Assembly (NCBI GenBank): GCA_027319585.1
Contig: DAHVMY010000005.1
Location: 1-58,098, forward strand
Origin: Candidatus Dormiibacterota bacterium
GTDB lineage: Bacteria; Chloroflexota; Dormibacteria; Aeolococcales; Bog-877
Direction of reading: 5' to 3'
Length of the DNA: 58,098 nucleotides
Part shown: in pieces, positions 29,398 through 40,876 of the stretch
Layout of the letters: the number at the start of each line of letters is the position of its first letter
Position numbering within the stretch: the stretch's first letter is position 1
Made by a program: the position numbers and the translations under genes
Notes under the pieces: generated by a model
Databases searched by the model: none
What the model saw: only the letters and a program-made list of their open reading frames with translations
Told to the model about the DNA's origin: nothing

Positions 29398-30425
29398 TGG
29401 CGGTCGCCACCAGGTCCAACCGCCTCGGGCTGACCCGGGAGGATTACAAGGGGCTCGCGACCACGCTCTGCGCGGGATGTGGCCACAACTCGATCACCAA
29501 TCACCTGGTGAAGGCGCTGTTCGAGAGCGGGGTCGATCCCTACCGCGTCGCCAAGATGAGCGGGATCGGCTGCTCCTCCAAGGCGACCGCGTACTTCATG
29601 GAACGCTCGCACGCCTTCAACGCCGTCCACGGGCGGATGCCCGCGGTCACCACCGGCGCTGCGGTCGCCAACCGCCAGCTCATCTATCTTGGGATCTCCG
29701 GCGACGGTGACACCGCCAGCATCGGGCTCGGACAGTTCTGCCATCTGGTTCGGCGCAATCTCGACTGCACCTACTTGGTCGAGAACAACGGCGTCTACGG
29801 TCTGACCAAGGGCCAGTTCTCGGCGACCGCGGACCTCGGCTCGGTTCAGAAGCGGGGCGCGGTCAACGAGTTCGAGACCATCGACATCGCCGCGCTGGCG
29901 GTTCAGCTCGGGGCCTCCTTCGTCGCCCGCAGCTTCTCGGGAGACGGCGCCCAGCTGGTGCCGCTGCTGCGAGCAGCCCTGGCGCACCGGGGCGCGGCGA
30001 TCCTGGACGTCATCAGTCCCTGCGTCACCTTCAACGACCATGAGGGCTCGACCAAGAGCTACGCCTACCTCAAGCAGCATGACCTGGTGCTTCAGGAACT
30101 CGACTTCATCCCGCACCAGCAGGAGGTAGAGGTGTCCTACCCCGAGGGCGAGGTGGTCGACGTGGAGTTGCACGACGGCTCGCGGCTGCGGTTGCGCAAG
30201 CTGGGGCCGGACCACGACCCCACCGACCGTCTGGCCGCCCTCACGGTCCTCGACCAGGCCCGGCGCTCGAAGGAGGTGGTGACCGGGTTGCTGTACATCA
30301 ATCCGCAGGCTCAGGACTTCTGCACCCGGGAGCGGCTGGGCGCCATCCCGCTGCGCGATCTCGGGGAGGCGGAGCTCAGACCAGACCAGGAGCTCTTTGA
30401 GGAGCTGATCGCCTCCTTCGGGTGA
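29397..30425 (+). CDS. korB: 2-oxoacid:ferredoxin oxidoreductase beta subunit
   Basis: CAGCGH, SGIGCSS, TPP-binding GDGD..NN, SPCVTFN. Confidence 0.9.
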   Translation: MAVATRSNRLGLTREDYKGLATTLCAGCGHNSITNHLVKALFESGVDPYRVAKMSGIGCSSKATAYFMERSHAFNAVHGRMPAVTTGAAVANRQLIYLGISGDGDTASIGLGQFCHLVRRNLDCTYLVENNGVYGLTKGQFSATADLGSVQKRGAVNEFETIDIAALAVQLGASFVARSFSGDGAQLVPLLRAALAHRGAAILDVISPCVTFNDHEGSTKSYAYLKQHDLVLQELDFIPHQQEVEVSYPEGEVVDVELHDGSRLRLRKLGPDHDPTDRLAALTVLDQARRSKEVVTGLLYINPQAQDFCTRERLGAIPLRDLGEAELRPDQELFEELIASFG

Positions 30426-30533
30426 GCCGTGAGCCCCCGCCGGTCTTCTCTAAGTGCTGTCTAAGGCGCAGGCCGCAACCCTCCGGTAGCTTGGTGAGCA
30501 TCACCTGGGGCAGCCATCAAATCGGAGGAGCAC

Positions 30534-30968
30534 ATGCACAGTCTCGTCAGAACGACGCTGGCGGTGGCGGCGGGCGCGGCGGTCGCCAGCATCGGCGGAG
30601 CGATCGCGGTCTCAGCCGCCACCTCGAACCCGGCTTCCTCCCCCAGCAGCCCGCACGGCCTGCACCGGGGCTGGCACCATCTGCCGCGGATGGCGGGGGT
30701 GATCACTGCCGAGTCCTCCAGCGGCGGCCTCTTCGGAAAGGGCGAGTTCACGGTCACCGCACCTGACGGGAAGACTCTCACCCTCTCCCTCACCCCGAAG
30801 GCCACCATCTGGCTGTACCACGGCCCCGGTGTCAAGCCAACCCGAGAGGCTGTGAGCGACCTGGCCAAGGACGAGGTGGTGGTGGTCACCGGGCGAGGCC
30901 TCTTCAGCAGCCGCCACCTGGCCCGCCACGTCCTGGACCTGGGGATTCAGGCCACCTCCCCTGGCTGA
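30534..30968 (+). CDS. Hypothetical secreted protein (OB-fold/DUF5666-like)
   Basis: GGAGG RBS, signal peptide, His-rich linker, beta-rich C-terminus. Confidence 0.65.
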   Translation: MHSLVRTTLAVAAGAAVASIGGAIAVSAATSNPASSPSSPHGLHRGWHHLPRMAGVITAESSSGGLFGKGEFTVTAPDGKTLTLSLTPKATIWLYHGPGVKPTREAVSDLAKDEVVVVTGRGLFSSRHLARHVLDLGIQATSPG

Positions 30969-30976
30969 GCCCCACC

Positions 30977-31010
30977 GCCCGGGCTGCCTCCTTCGGGGGG
31001 TGGCCCGGGC
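30977..31010 (+). terminator. GC-rich hairpin with cUUCGg loop between convergent genes
   Basis: 15-bp stem with GU pairs, GCCCGGGCTGCCTCC-TTCG-GGGGGTGGCCCGGGC; no U-tract. Confidence 0.5.
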
Positions 31011-31047
31011 GACCGATGGCCGCCCGAACACTGGCCGCGGCCAGCTC

Positions 31048-32223
31048 TCAGCCGTAGGTGTAGCCGGCCGGTAGCGGCCTTGGCGGTTCGGGCCCGACGT
31101 AGATCGCCGACGGGCGGATCAGGCGGTTGTGCGCCGCCTGTTCGCAGATCGCGGCGGTCCAGCCCACGGTGCGGCTGCTGGCGAAGGTCGGGGTGAACAT
31201 CTCCCGGGGGATCCCCGCGGTGTTCATGACCACGCCGGCGTAGAACTCCACGTTGGTGTAGAGCCGGCGCCCCGGCTTGAGCTCGTTCAGCACCAGCAGC
31301 GCGGTCTGCTCCACGTGCTCGGCGAACCGTGCCTGCTCGCCCCCCATCTCCAAGGCGACCTGGCGGAGCAGGGTGGACCGGGGGTCATCGGTCTTGTAGA
31401 CCCGGTGCCCGAAGCCCATCAGGCGCTCGCCGGACTCCACCTTCTGGCGGAGATACGCGTAGGCCCGGTCCGCGGTCCCGATCTCGTCAAGGGTCTGCAG
31501 TGCGCGCGAGGGCGCACCCCCATGCAGCGGCCCCGACAAGGCCCCGATCGCCCCCACCAGCGCGGATCCCATGTCGGCCCCGGTCGAGGTGATCACCCGG
31601 GCGGTGAAGGTGGAGGCGTTGAAGCCGTGGTCCATGGTCAGGATCAGGTACTTCTCCAAGGCCCGTGCATGGTCCGCAGGAGGACGTTCCCCGGTCAGCA
31701 TCTGGAGGTAGGCGGCGGCGTAGCCCAGATCCGCGTCGGGCCGCACCGTGGGCTTGCCCTGGCTGGCCCGGAAGAGTCCCATCAGCAGCACCGGGACCAG
31801 CGCGGTCATGCGCAGCGCGTCCTCCCGCACCTCCTCAGGTCCTATGTCCAGCACCGGGCGGAGCCCGAGCCGGTCCGCGGCCAGAGAGACCGCCGTCCGG
31901 AGCGCGTTGAGAGGGACGAAGGGGCTGCCGGCCGCCAGCTCCGGCAGCAGCTCCGCCAGACCGGTGGGGAGCGTCCTCAGGGCTGCGGTGCGCTCGCGAA
32001 ACGCCGCCAGCTCCGACGTGTCCGGGAGATGGCCCATCACCAGCAGATGCCACACCTGTTCGAAGGAGAGCTCGGCGGCCAGCCCGGCGGCGTTGTAGCC
32101 GCGGTAGTGGAAGAAGCCCTCCTCGCCCCGGACGTCACCGATCTCGGTCTCGGCGACCGCCACCCCCTCGAGGCCGGGCGGGGCCAGTTGGGGAGGCGCC
32201 GGCTCCGTCGCCGCGTCGCTCAA
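31048..32223 (-). CDS. Citrate synthase (citrate/2-methylcitrate synthase family)
   Basis: GLEGV, DHGFNASTF, GPLHGGA, GFGHRVY, NVEFY; TTG start overlapping upstream stop. Confidence 0.92.
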   Translation of the reverse strand: MSDAATEPAPPQLAPPGLEGVAVAETEIGDVRGEEGFFHYRGYNAAGLAAELSFEQVWHLLVMGHLPDTSELAAFRERTAALRTLPTGLAELLPELAAGSPFVPLNALRTAVSLAADRLGLRPVLDIGPEEVREDALRMTALVPVLLMGLFRASQGKPTVRPDADLGYAAAYLQMLTGERPPADHARALEKYLILTMDHGFNASTFTARVITSTGADMGSALVGAIGALSGPLHGGAPSRALQTLDEIGTADRAYAYLRQKVESGERLMGFGHRVYKTDDPRSTLLRQVALEMGGEQARFAEHVEQTALLVLNELKPGRRLYTNVEFYAGVVMNTAGIPREMFTPTFASSRTVGWTAAICEQAAHNRLIRPSAIYVGPEPPRPLPAGYTYG

Positions 32224-32375
32224 TGCGCGCCGGAGTTGGTGGGGTCGCTCGGGTGCGGCTGCTGGGCCTCCGCGCGAGCCGCCTGCCGGAAGAGCACCAC
32301 CCACGCCACCAGAGATCCCCCGGCGATCAGGGTCAGCACCGCGAGGGGCAGGGCCACCTGCATTGCGTCAAGCAT
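32220..32375 (-). CDS. Small single-TM protein (51 aa), absent from the ORF track
   Basis: AGGAGG RBS and ATG; MLDAMQVALPLAVLTLIAGGSLVAWVVLFRQAARAEAQQPHPSDPTNSGAH; TTGA overlap with citrate synthase start. Confidence 0.65.
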   Translation of the reverse strand: MLDAMQVALPLAVLTLIAGGSLVAWVVLFRQAARAEAQQPHPSDPTNSGAH

Positions 32376-32528
32376 CGTGAAACTCCTCCTAACAGGAGTA
32401 TTCTATCCCTCGTGCTGAACTAAGCGAGCGTCGCATGGGCGGCCCTGGCCGTCCCGGTCCCTGCCGCCACGGCCCGCGGTGCAACGCATCGCCTGGGCTC
32501 TGATTTCGGACCCGCTCGAGGAGCAGCC

Positions 32529-33737
32529 TTGACCCCCCCTGTCCTGGACCCACGCCGCGCTCGCCTGGCCCTGTTCGGCCTGGTCGGAGCCAGCTTCGCC
32601 GACGCCCTGGGGGCGACCATGATCCTGCCGGTGGTGCCCCTCTTCCTGCGCCAGGCTGGGGCCTCCTACGCGGAGATCGGTCTGGTCGCGGCCGCCTTCT
32701 GGGGCGCCGGGCTTCTGGTCGGATATCCCATCGGTCGGCTGTCGGACCGGCTCGGCCGCAAGCGGCTGCTCGTGATCAGCCAGGTGGTGTATGCCGCCGC
32801 CACCGCCACCTTTGCCCTCAGCCCCTCCCCGCTCTGGTTCCTGGCCCTGCGCGCGCTCCAGGGGGGAGCCGCCGGAGCCGCCAACGTGCTGGCCATGGCC
32901 GCGGTGGCGGACGTGGTGGTCCCGGAGCGGCGGGGGCGGGCCTACGGATCGCTGACCGGCGCCTACATGACCGGGACCATCGTCGGCCCCCTGATCGGGG
33001 CGACCCTGTTCACGCTCTCGGTCCCGCTGACGTTTCTGGCCTCGGCCGCGGTGGCGCTGGTGGTGGGGGTCATCATCGCCTGGACGCTGCCCGGTCGCGC
33101 CGCGGTGGTGGCGGCCAGAGTTCCGCTCCGCCTGGGGGCAGCGGTCTGGCGCAACCGGGCGGTGCTGGGGATCCTGCTGGCATCCGCGGCCCTGGGCCTC
33201 TTGATCGGGATGTACGACACCCTCTGGAGCCTGCTGATGCACGCCCGCCACGCCACCGATTTCGAGATCGGCCTCTCGTTCACACTGTTCGGCCTGCCGT
33301 TCGCGCTCGGGTCCTGGCCGGCGGGCTGGTTGGCGGACCGCGTGGACAACCGCTGGCTGGTGTTCATCAGTCTGGTCGCGGCCGCGGCATTTGCGGCCAC
33401 CTACCCCTTCCTACCGTCTCCCGGCTGGCTCATCGGTCTCGGGGTGTTCGAGGGGATCTTCACGGTGACCGGGGCCCCCGCCCGGCTGGCGATGCTCTCC
33501 CGCCAGGTGCGCCCAGATGAGATGGGGAGCGTCCAGGGAATCTATGGCTCGGTCCAGGTCGGGGCATCCGCGGTCGCCTCCGCCCTCGCCGGGGCGCTGT
33601 TCGGGATCGCCCTGCCCCTGCCCTTCGTCGCGACCGCGGCGGTCATGCTCTTGGCAGCGCTCGGGCTCTGGCCGCTCTGGCGGGGGGTGCAGGGGCGGCC
33701 GCAACATTCCGCGGCCGCCGCTCCGGCCAGAAGGTGA
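32529..33737 (+). CDS. MFS transporter (DHA1/TetA-like)
   Basis: GRLSDRLGRK motif A, LRALQG, GPLIG motif C. Confidence 0.9.
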   Translation: MTPPVLDPRRARLALFGLVGASFADALGATMILPVVPLFLRQAGASYAEIGLVAAAFWGAGLLVGYPIGRLSDRLGRKRLLVISQVVYAAATATFALSPSPLWFLALRALQGGAAGAANVLAMAAVADVVVPERRGRAYGSLTGAYMTGTIVGPLIGATLFTLSVPLTFLASAAVALVVGVIIAWTLPGRAAVVAARVPLRLGAAVWRNRAVLGILLASAALGLLIGMYDTLWSLLMHARHATDFEIGLSFTLFGLPFALGSWPAGWLADRVDNRWLVFISLVAAAAFAATYPFLPSPGWLIGLGVFEGIFTVTGAPARLAMLSRQVRPDEMGSVQGIYGSVQVGASAVASALAGALFGIALPLPFVATAAVMLLAALGLWPLWRGVQGRPQHSAAAAPARR

Positions 33738-33771
33738 GTGGGGCCCGGCACCTTCTGGTGCCGGGCCCCAC
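33738..33771. terminator. Perfect 15-bp hairpin between convergent genes (bidirectional terminator candidate)
   Basis: GTGGGGCCCGGCACC-TTCT-GGTGCCGGGCCCCAC. Confidence 0.6.
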
Positions 33772-33786
33772 GGGATCCGCCATGGT

Positions 33787-34407
33787 TCAGTTGGTGGGCA
33801 GAACGATCCGCCGGAAGGTGGCGTTGGTCACATCCGCGAAGGAGGTGTAGAGCGCCGCGATCGCGGTGATGATCCCAAAGTAGCCGCCGATCTTGGTGAA
33901 CCCGGTGCCTCCGCCCCAGCCCCAGGCTCCGAAGGCGAGCAGGAAGAAGGTGATGAACAGGAGCAGGAAGACCACCTGCACCGCCCTGGTCCCACCCAGG
34001 GAGGCCACGAACATGTAGAGGGTGAACACCCCCCACATGAACAGGTACAGGCCGATGATGGGGCTGGCGTCGGCCGGGGTCACCGTCTTGGCCCAGACCC
34101 CCACCAGCAGGTAGTAGCTGAACCAGAAGGCGCCGTACGAGCTGAAGGCGGTGGCGGCGAAGGTGTTGCCGCGTCGAAACGCCCACATCCCCGCCAGGAG
34201 CTGGCCGAATCCGCCGTAGGCGGCGGCCATCGGCAGGACGGCGGTGGTGGCGCCGGCTCCGATGATCCCCGCGTTGATGAATGACAGCAGCATGGTCGTG
34301 AGGCCGAACCCGGCCAAGCCCAGAGGGGCGGGGTCGGCGATTGCCGGAGTCGCCTCCTGGGTGTGCATCACCGGCTGCGGGCCGGCGGTCGGATTGTTGG
34401 CAGCCAT
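33787..34407 (-). CDS. satP: Acetate uptake transporter (SatP/YaaH/GPR1-FUN34 family)
   Basis: ADPAPLGLAGF and NTFAATAFSSYGAFW signatures; downstream of acs. Confidence 0.9.
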   Translation of the reverse strand: MAANNPTAGPQPVMHTQEATPAIADPAPLGLAGFGLTTMLLSFINAGIIGAGATTAVLPMAAAYGGFGQLLAGMWAFRRGNTFAATAFSSYGAFWFSYYLLVGVWAKTVTPADASPIIGLYLFMWGVFTLYMFVASLGGTRAVQVVFLLLFITFFLLAFGAWGWGGGTGFTKIGGYFGIITAIAALYTSFADVTNATFRRIVLPTN

Positions 34408-34471
34408 CAGTTGACTCTTGAGCCTCCGTTTACTAAGCGCTGATGAATCAGGGTCGCCGCTACTCCCGTCG

Positions 34472-36436
<1,965 letters not shown>

Positions 36437-36527
36437 ATCGCCCTCCTGTCTGCTGGCTGCGGGCACCCTTCACAGGTGTGAGCTCCCTCCCCCAATCGGG
36501 ACTCCGACACACGACTCGTCAGGCTGC

Positions 36528-36556
36528 AGGTTAGACACCACCCCGCCAGGCTTCAA
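36528..36556 (-). promoter_or_regulatory. Sigma70-type promoter of acs
   Basis: TTGAAG-N17-TAACCT on the minus strand. Confidence 0.6.
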
Positions 36557-36567
36557 CGCCCGCGCGG

Positions 36568-36618
36568 CAAACGGTCACTTTTGGGCCTGTCAGCGGTTGG
36601 TTTCCGGCGCTGAGCGGT
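36568..36618 (-). promoter_or_regulatory. Triple LytTR-type direct-repeat box upstream of the acs promoter
   Basis: ACCGCTCA-N13-ACCGCTGA-N14-ACCGTTTG, resembling the YehT/BtsR ACC(G/A)CT(C/T)A-N13 repeat; adjacent LytTR gene. Confidence 0.65.
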
Positions 36619-36660
36619 GCTCAACTTGCGCGCCGCCAGCACCCGGGGGATGATGCGGCC

Positions 36661-37848
36661 ATGCCCTGGCAGTTGGTCGTCTTTTCGGAGATCGCCCTGA
36701 CCACCGCCGCCGCCGTGGTGGTGACACGCCGACTGGGGCGGCGCGCCCACGCCTTCGACACCGACGCGGAGCGGGCGACGATGAGGACCCTCGCCTTCGC
36801 CACCCAGGCGGTGTCGACCCTGCGACAGGGATTGACCGCCAAGACCGCCGCCAAGGTGCTGCGCTCGTTGGTCCCGCAGTCGGCGGGGTTGGCGGCCGCG
36901 CTCTACGACAGCCGTCAGCTGCTGGCGTTTCAGGCAGTGGCGGGCAGCCGGGCCGAGGGCCACCTGAGGCACCTCCCGAAGGAGGGGCGCGAAATCCTGG
37001 CCTCCCTCTCCACCGGGCGCACCCAGCTGGTCAAGCTGCACTCCGGCGAATCCTCGGCGGGGTGCCCGCTCAAGGTGGCGGTGGTCGCACCGATCGGGCT
37101 GGAGGATCGCCCGGTCGCCTGCCTGGTGACCTTCCACGCCGGCGAACCCAGCCCGGCCCAGCTGCGGATCACCACGGATCTGGCCGAGCTGCTGGCGACC
37201 CAGCTCCGGCTGCAGCGGGCCGACCAGCAGCAGGCGGCGCTGGTGCGTTCCGAGCTGCGGGCGCTGCGGGCACAGATCTCGCCCCACTTCATCTACAACA
37301 CGCTGGCCACCATCGCGAGCTTCGTGCGCACCGACCCGGAGCGGGCTCGGGAGCTGTTGACCGAATTCGCTGACTTCAGCCGACGGGCGTTCTCCGGTCC
37401 GACGGCTGAGTTCACGACTCTGGCGGACGAGCTGGTGTACGTCAACCAGTACCTGACCCTGGAGCAGGCCCGCTTCGGCAGCCGGCTGGCGGTGCGGTAC
37501 CACATCGAGCCGGAGGTGCTCAGCACCGTGGTCCCGACCCTGCTGGTGCAGCCGCTGGTGGAGAACGCGGTCAAGCATGGGATCGAGCGACGGCCTGGCA
37601 ACGGCACCATCGTGATCGAGGCCGACGACCAGGATGATGAGTGCCTGATCACGGTCCGGGACAACGGGGATGGGTTCGCGACTCCGCTCGACCTCGGCGA
37701 GCACCCCGGCGCGCTCGCCAACATCAACCGCCGTCTCAACCAGATCTTTGGTCCCGCCCACGGTCTGGAGATCGAGTCCGCGCCGGGCTCGGGGACCTCG
37801 GTCAGCGTGCGGATACCCAAGTACCGGCCCGGCGTCAAGGCGTCGTAG
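36661..37848 (+). CDS. LytS/YehU-type sensor histidine kinase
   Basis: LRAQISPHFIYNTL H-box, QPLVENAVKHG, DNGDG; only one N-terminal TM plus a GAF-like region. Confidence 0.92.
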   Translation: MPWQLVVFSEIALTTAAAVVVTRRLGRRAHAFDTDAERATMRTLAFATQAVSTLRQGLTAKTAAKVLRSLVPQSAGLAAALYDSRQLLAFQAVAGSRAEGHLRHLPKEGREILASLSTGRTQLVKLHSGESSAGCPLKVAVVAPIGLEDRPVACLVTFHAGEPSPAQLRITTDLAELLATQLRLQRADQQQAALVRSELRALRAQISPHFIYNTLATIASFVRTDPERARELLTEFADFSRRAFSGPTAEFTTLADELVYVNQYLTLEQARFGSRLAVRYHIEPEVLSTVVPTLLVQPLVENAVKHGIERRPGNGTIVIEADDQDDECLITVRDNGDGFATPLDLGEHPGALANINRRLNQIFGPAHGLEIESAPGSGTSVSVRIPKYRPGVKAS

Positions 37849-37850
37849 CT

Positions 37851-38600
37851 TTGGAGCAACGCTTCCGGGCCCTGGTGGTGGACGACGAGGCGCCCGCTCG
37901 GGGCGAGCTCTGCTACCTGCTGCGTCAGGCGCCCCGGGTGGCGGACGTCCGGGAGGCTGAGGACGCCAGCGGGGCCATGGACGCGCTCACGAGCGACGGC
38001 GCGGACGTGGTCTTCCTGGACATCCAGATGCCGGGGCTGGACGGCCTCCAGCTGGCGCAGCTGTTCGCCGCTGTGGAGAGCCCGCCTCCGGTGGTCTTCG
38101 TGACCGCCTTCGCGGAGCACGCTGTGGACGCATTCCAGCTGGCCGCCTTCGACTACCTGCTGAAACCGGTGCGCCAGGACCGGCTCAATCTCACCCTGGA
38201 GCGGTTGGCGATCTGGGCCCAGCAGAAGGGGCGCCGCGGCCCGGACTTCGCCGACGGCCAGTCGCTCGACGACCGGCTGGCGGTCACCCACCGGGGGCGG
38301 ATCCTGCTGCTGCCGATCTCGGAGATCCGCGCCGCCGAGGTCTCCGGGGACCGGCTGGCCCTGATCACCCCCGACGGGCGCTTCCTGGCCCGCTTGCGGC
38401 TGCAGGAGCTGGAGGAGCGGTTGGCCCGTCAGGGATTCATGCGCGTGCACCGCCACTACCTGGTCAACCTCCGGCACGTGGCGGCGGTGGAGGCCTTCGT
38501 CAACAACACCTACCTGCTGCGGATGGAGGGGATCGGGGACCTCACCGTCCCGGTGTCGCGCCGTCACGGCCCCCAGATCCGGCAGGCGCTGGGGCTCTGA
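37851..38600 (+). CDS. LytTR family response regulator
   Basis: VVDDE, FLDIQMP, DYLLKP receiver; FMRVHRHYLVN LytTR domain. Confidence 0.93.
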   Translation: MEQRFRALVVDDEAPARGELCYLLRQAPRVADVREAEDASGAMDALTSDGADVVFLDIQMPGLDGLQLAQLFAAVESPPPVVFVTAFAEHAVDAFQLAAFDYLLKPVRQDRLNLTLERLAIWAQQKGRRGPDFADGQSLDDRLAVTHRGRILLLPISEIRAAEVSGDRLALITPDGRFLARLRLQELEERLARQGFMRVHRHYLVNLRHVAAVEAFVNNTYLLRMEGIGDLTVPVSRRHGPQIRQALGL

Positions 38601-38601
38601 G

Positions 38602-38958
38602 GTGGCGAACCCCGACCCCTCTTGGGGGGCGGTGCGGGACCGGGGGCCCGAACCGCAGGCGTCGCGGCTGCTCGAATTCGAGGAGCAGACCGCAGTCGGC
38701 ACCCTCTACCTGCAGGCGCTGATGCGCCGCCAGCTTCGCCTCAGCCTGACTCTGGCCTTCATCTTTGTCGCCTACCTGTTCGCGCAGCCGCTGCTATCCA
38801 CCTGGTTCCCGCAGTGGGCAACCGTGCGTGTGCTGGGGGTGCCCCTGCCCTGGCTGGTCCTGGGGGTGGGCTCCTACCCCATCCTGATCTGGCTCGGCTC
38901 GATCTATGTCCGCCGCGCCGAGGAGGTCGACGATGAGTTCACAGACCTCCTCAGCTGA
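38602..38958 (+). CDS. DUF485-like small membrane protein (SSS partner)
   Basis: Two TM helices directly upstream of a solute symporter. Confidence 0.75.
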   Translation: MANPDPSWGAVRDRGPEPQASRLLEFEEQTAVGTLYLQALMRRQLRLSLTLAFIFVAYLFAQPLLSTWFPQWATVRVLGVPLPWLVLGVGSYPILIWLGSIYVRRAEEVDDEFTDLLS

Positions 38959-38967
38959 GCGCTTCGG

Positions 38968-40860
38968 TTGAGCCCGTCCGCGGCCGCGGTCCTGGGGCTG
39001 CTCGCGATGGCCGGGGTGAGCCTGGGCGCGGGGATGTTCGCCCGCCGCTTCGCCCACACGACCTCGGACTTCATGGTGGCGGCCCGGGCGGTGCCACCCA
39101 GGCTCAACGCCGCTGCCATCAGCGGGGAGTACCTGAGCGCGGCCTCCTTCCTTGGCGTGGCTGGACTGGTCATGCAGTACGGGTACGACGTCCTCTGGTA
39201 TCCGGTCGGGTACGCGGCCGGATACCTCCTGCTGCTGCTGTTCATCGCGGGCCCGCTGCGACGCTTCGGCGCCTACACCATCCCCGACTTTGCCGAGGGG
39301 CGGTTCGACAGCCCCCGCTTCCGCCAGCTGGCGGTGGGGCTGGTGCTGGTGATCGGGTTCTTCTACGCGCTCCCCCAGGTGGAGGCGGCGGGGATCACGG
39401 TGGAGACTGCCTCCGGCCTGCCCTACTGGGTGGGGGTGGCGGTGGTCTCGGTGGTGGTGGTGGCGGCGGTGACGGGAGGCGGCATGCGGGGCATCACCCT
39501 GGTGCAGAGCCTCCAGTTCGCCGCCAAGATCTTCGCGATCTCGCTGCCGGCGTTCCTGCTGCTGCTGCACTTCGGAGGCCCCGGGGCTGCGTTCGCCCGG
39601 ACCGCGGGTGATCTGGCACGGCTTCCCACCAAGGTCAGCTACACGGTGGCTAGGGGGGAGATCTGGCAACTCCCCGCACGGACAGAGATCCGCGTCAGCC
39701 GGCCGACTCCGGTGGAGTGGACGTCCCAGCCGGCCGTGCGCTCCCCCGGGGCGGTGACCGCCGAGATCTCGGGAGGAGCTCCGGGTCCAGGGGTGGCCGC
39801 CAGCGGCAACCGGGGGGTGGTGGTGGTCAGCTCGCGGATGGCCTTCCCGAAGGGGACGTTGGTCTTCGAGGCGCCCGGGCAGGTCACCCTGGGAGCGGGG
39901 GAGCCGGCTCCCTTCGGCGCCGCCACGCCCACCAGCACCAACCGGGCCTGGGCGGACCCCTTCGGACCCCTGGCCGGAGGCAGCGGCCACTCCCTGCTCT
40001 TCACCTACTCCCTCATCCTGGCCATCCTGCTGGGCACGATCGGACTACCGCACATCCTGGTGCGCTTCTACACCAACCCCGACGCCCGGGCCTCCCGCCG
40101 CACCGCCCTCTTGGTGCTGGTGCTCCTGGGCGCCTTCTACATCTGGCCGCCGGTCTACGGGGCGCTGGGACGGGCGCTCGATCCCGCCCTCTACGGCAGC
40201 AACCTGACCGACTCCGTGGTGCTGGTTCTGCCCAGCCTCCTCGGGGGCTGGCTGGGCCAGCTCCTGCTGGCCGTGGTCTCGGCGGGAGCGTTCGCGGCCT
40301 TCACCTCGACCTTGAGTGGGCTGCTGGTCTCGCTGGCCGGAGCTCTCGGCCACGATCTCTACGGCCGCTGGTGGCGGCCGGCGGCGTCGGCGTCGGCGCG
40401 TCGGCGCGCCTTCCAGGTGGCCGCGGTTGTGGCCGGAGCCGGCGCCGGCGGGTTGGGCCTGCTGGTGGGCCAGTTCAACATCAGCGTCCTGGTGGGGTGG
40501 GCGTTCGCGATCGCGGCCAGCTCCTTCTTCCCCCTGCTGGTCCTGGGCATATGGTGGCCCCGGCTGACCACCGCCGGAGCTGCGGTCGGAGTCGCCGCCG
40601 GAGGCCTCCTCTCCACGCTCGCCATCGGGACCACCATGGTGGCCACGGTGGTCCCCCCCTTGGAGCTGTTCCTGGCCCGGCAGTCCGGCCTGGCGGTGGT
40701 GCTGGAGCAGCCCGCGATCGTCACCGTGCCCCTGGCCTTCCTGGCCATGGTCGGGATCTCCTGGTGGCGGCCCGGCCCTCCCGCCCTGGCGGCCGCCAAA
40801 ATGGTCCAGCTCCACGCGCCGGAGCTCCTGGGCCTGCGCCGGGACTACATCCCGGAATGA
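38968..40860 (+). CDS. Sodium:solute symporter, ActP-like
   Basis: AISGEYLSAASFLG, GLPHILVRFYTNPD; about 100-aa beta-rich loop insertion. Confidence 0.9.
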   Translation: MSPSAAAVLGLLAMAGVSLGAGMFARRFAHTTSDFMVAARAVPPRLNAAAISGEYLSAASFLGVAGLVMQYGYDVLWYPVGYAAGYLLLLLFIAGPLRRFGAYTIPDFAEGRFDSPRFRQLAVGLVLVIGFFYALPQVEAAGITVETASGLPYWVGVAVVSVVVVAAVTGGGMRGITLVQSLQFAAKIFAISLPAFLLLLHFGGPGAAFARTAGDLARLPTKVSYTVARGEIWQLPARTEIRVSRPTPVEWTSQPAVRSPGAVTAEISGGAPGPGVAASGNRGVVVVSSRMAFPKGTLVFEAPGQVTLGAGEPAPFGAATPTSTNRAWADPFGPLAGGSGHSLLFTYSLILAILLGTIGLPHILVRFYTNPDARASRRTALLVLVLLGAFYIWPPVYGALGRALDPALYGSNLTDSVVLVLPSLLGGWLGQLLLAVVSAGAFAAFTSTLSGLLVSLAGALGHDLYGRWWRPAASASARRRAFQVAAVVAGAGAGGLGLLVGQFNISVLVGWAFAIAASSFFPLLVLGIWWPRLTTAGAAVGVAAGGLLSTLAIGTTMVATVVPPLELFLARQSGLAVVLEQPAIVTVPLAFLAMVGISWWRPGPPALAAAKMVQLHAPELLGLRRDYIPE

Positions 40861-40876
40861 GCCCGCCGGAGGGCGG

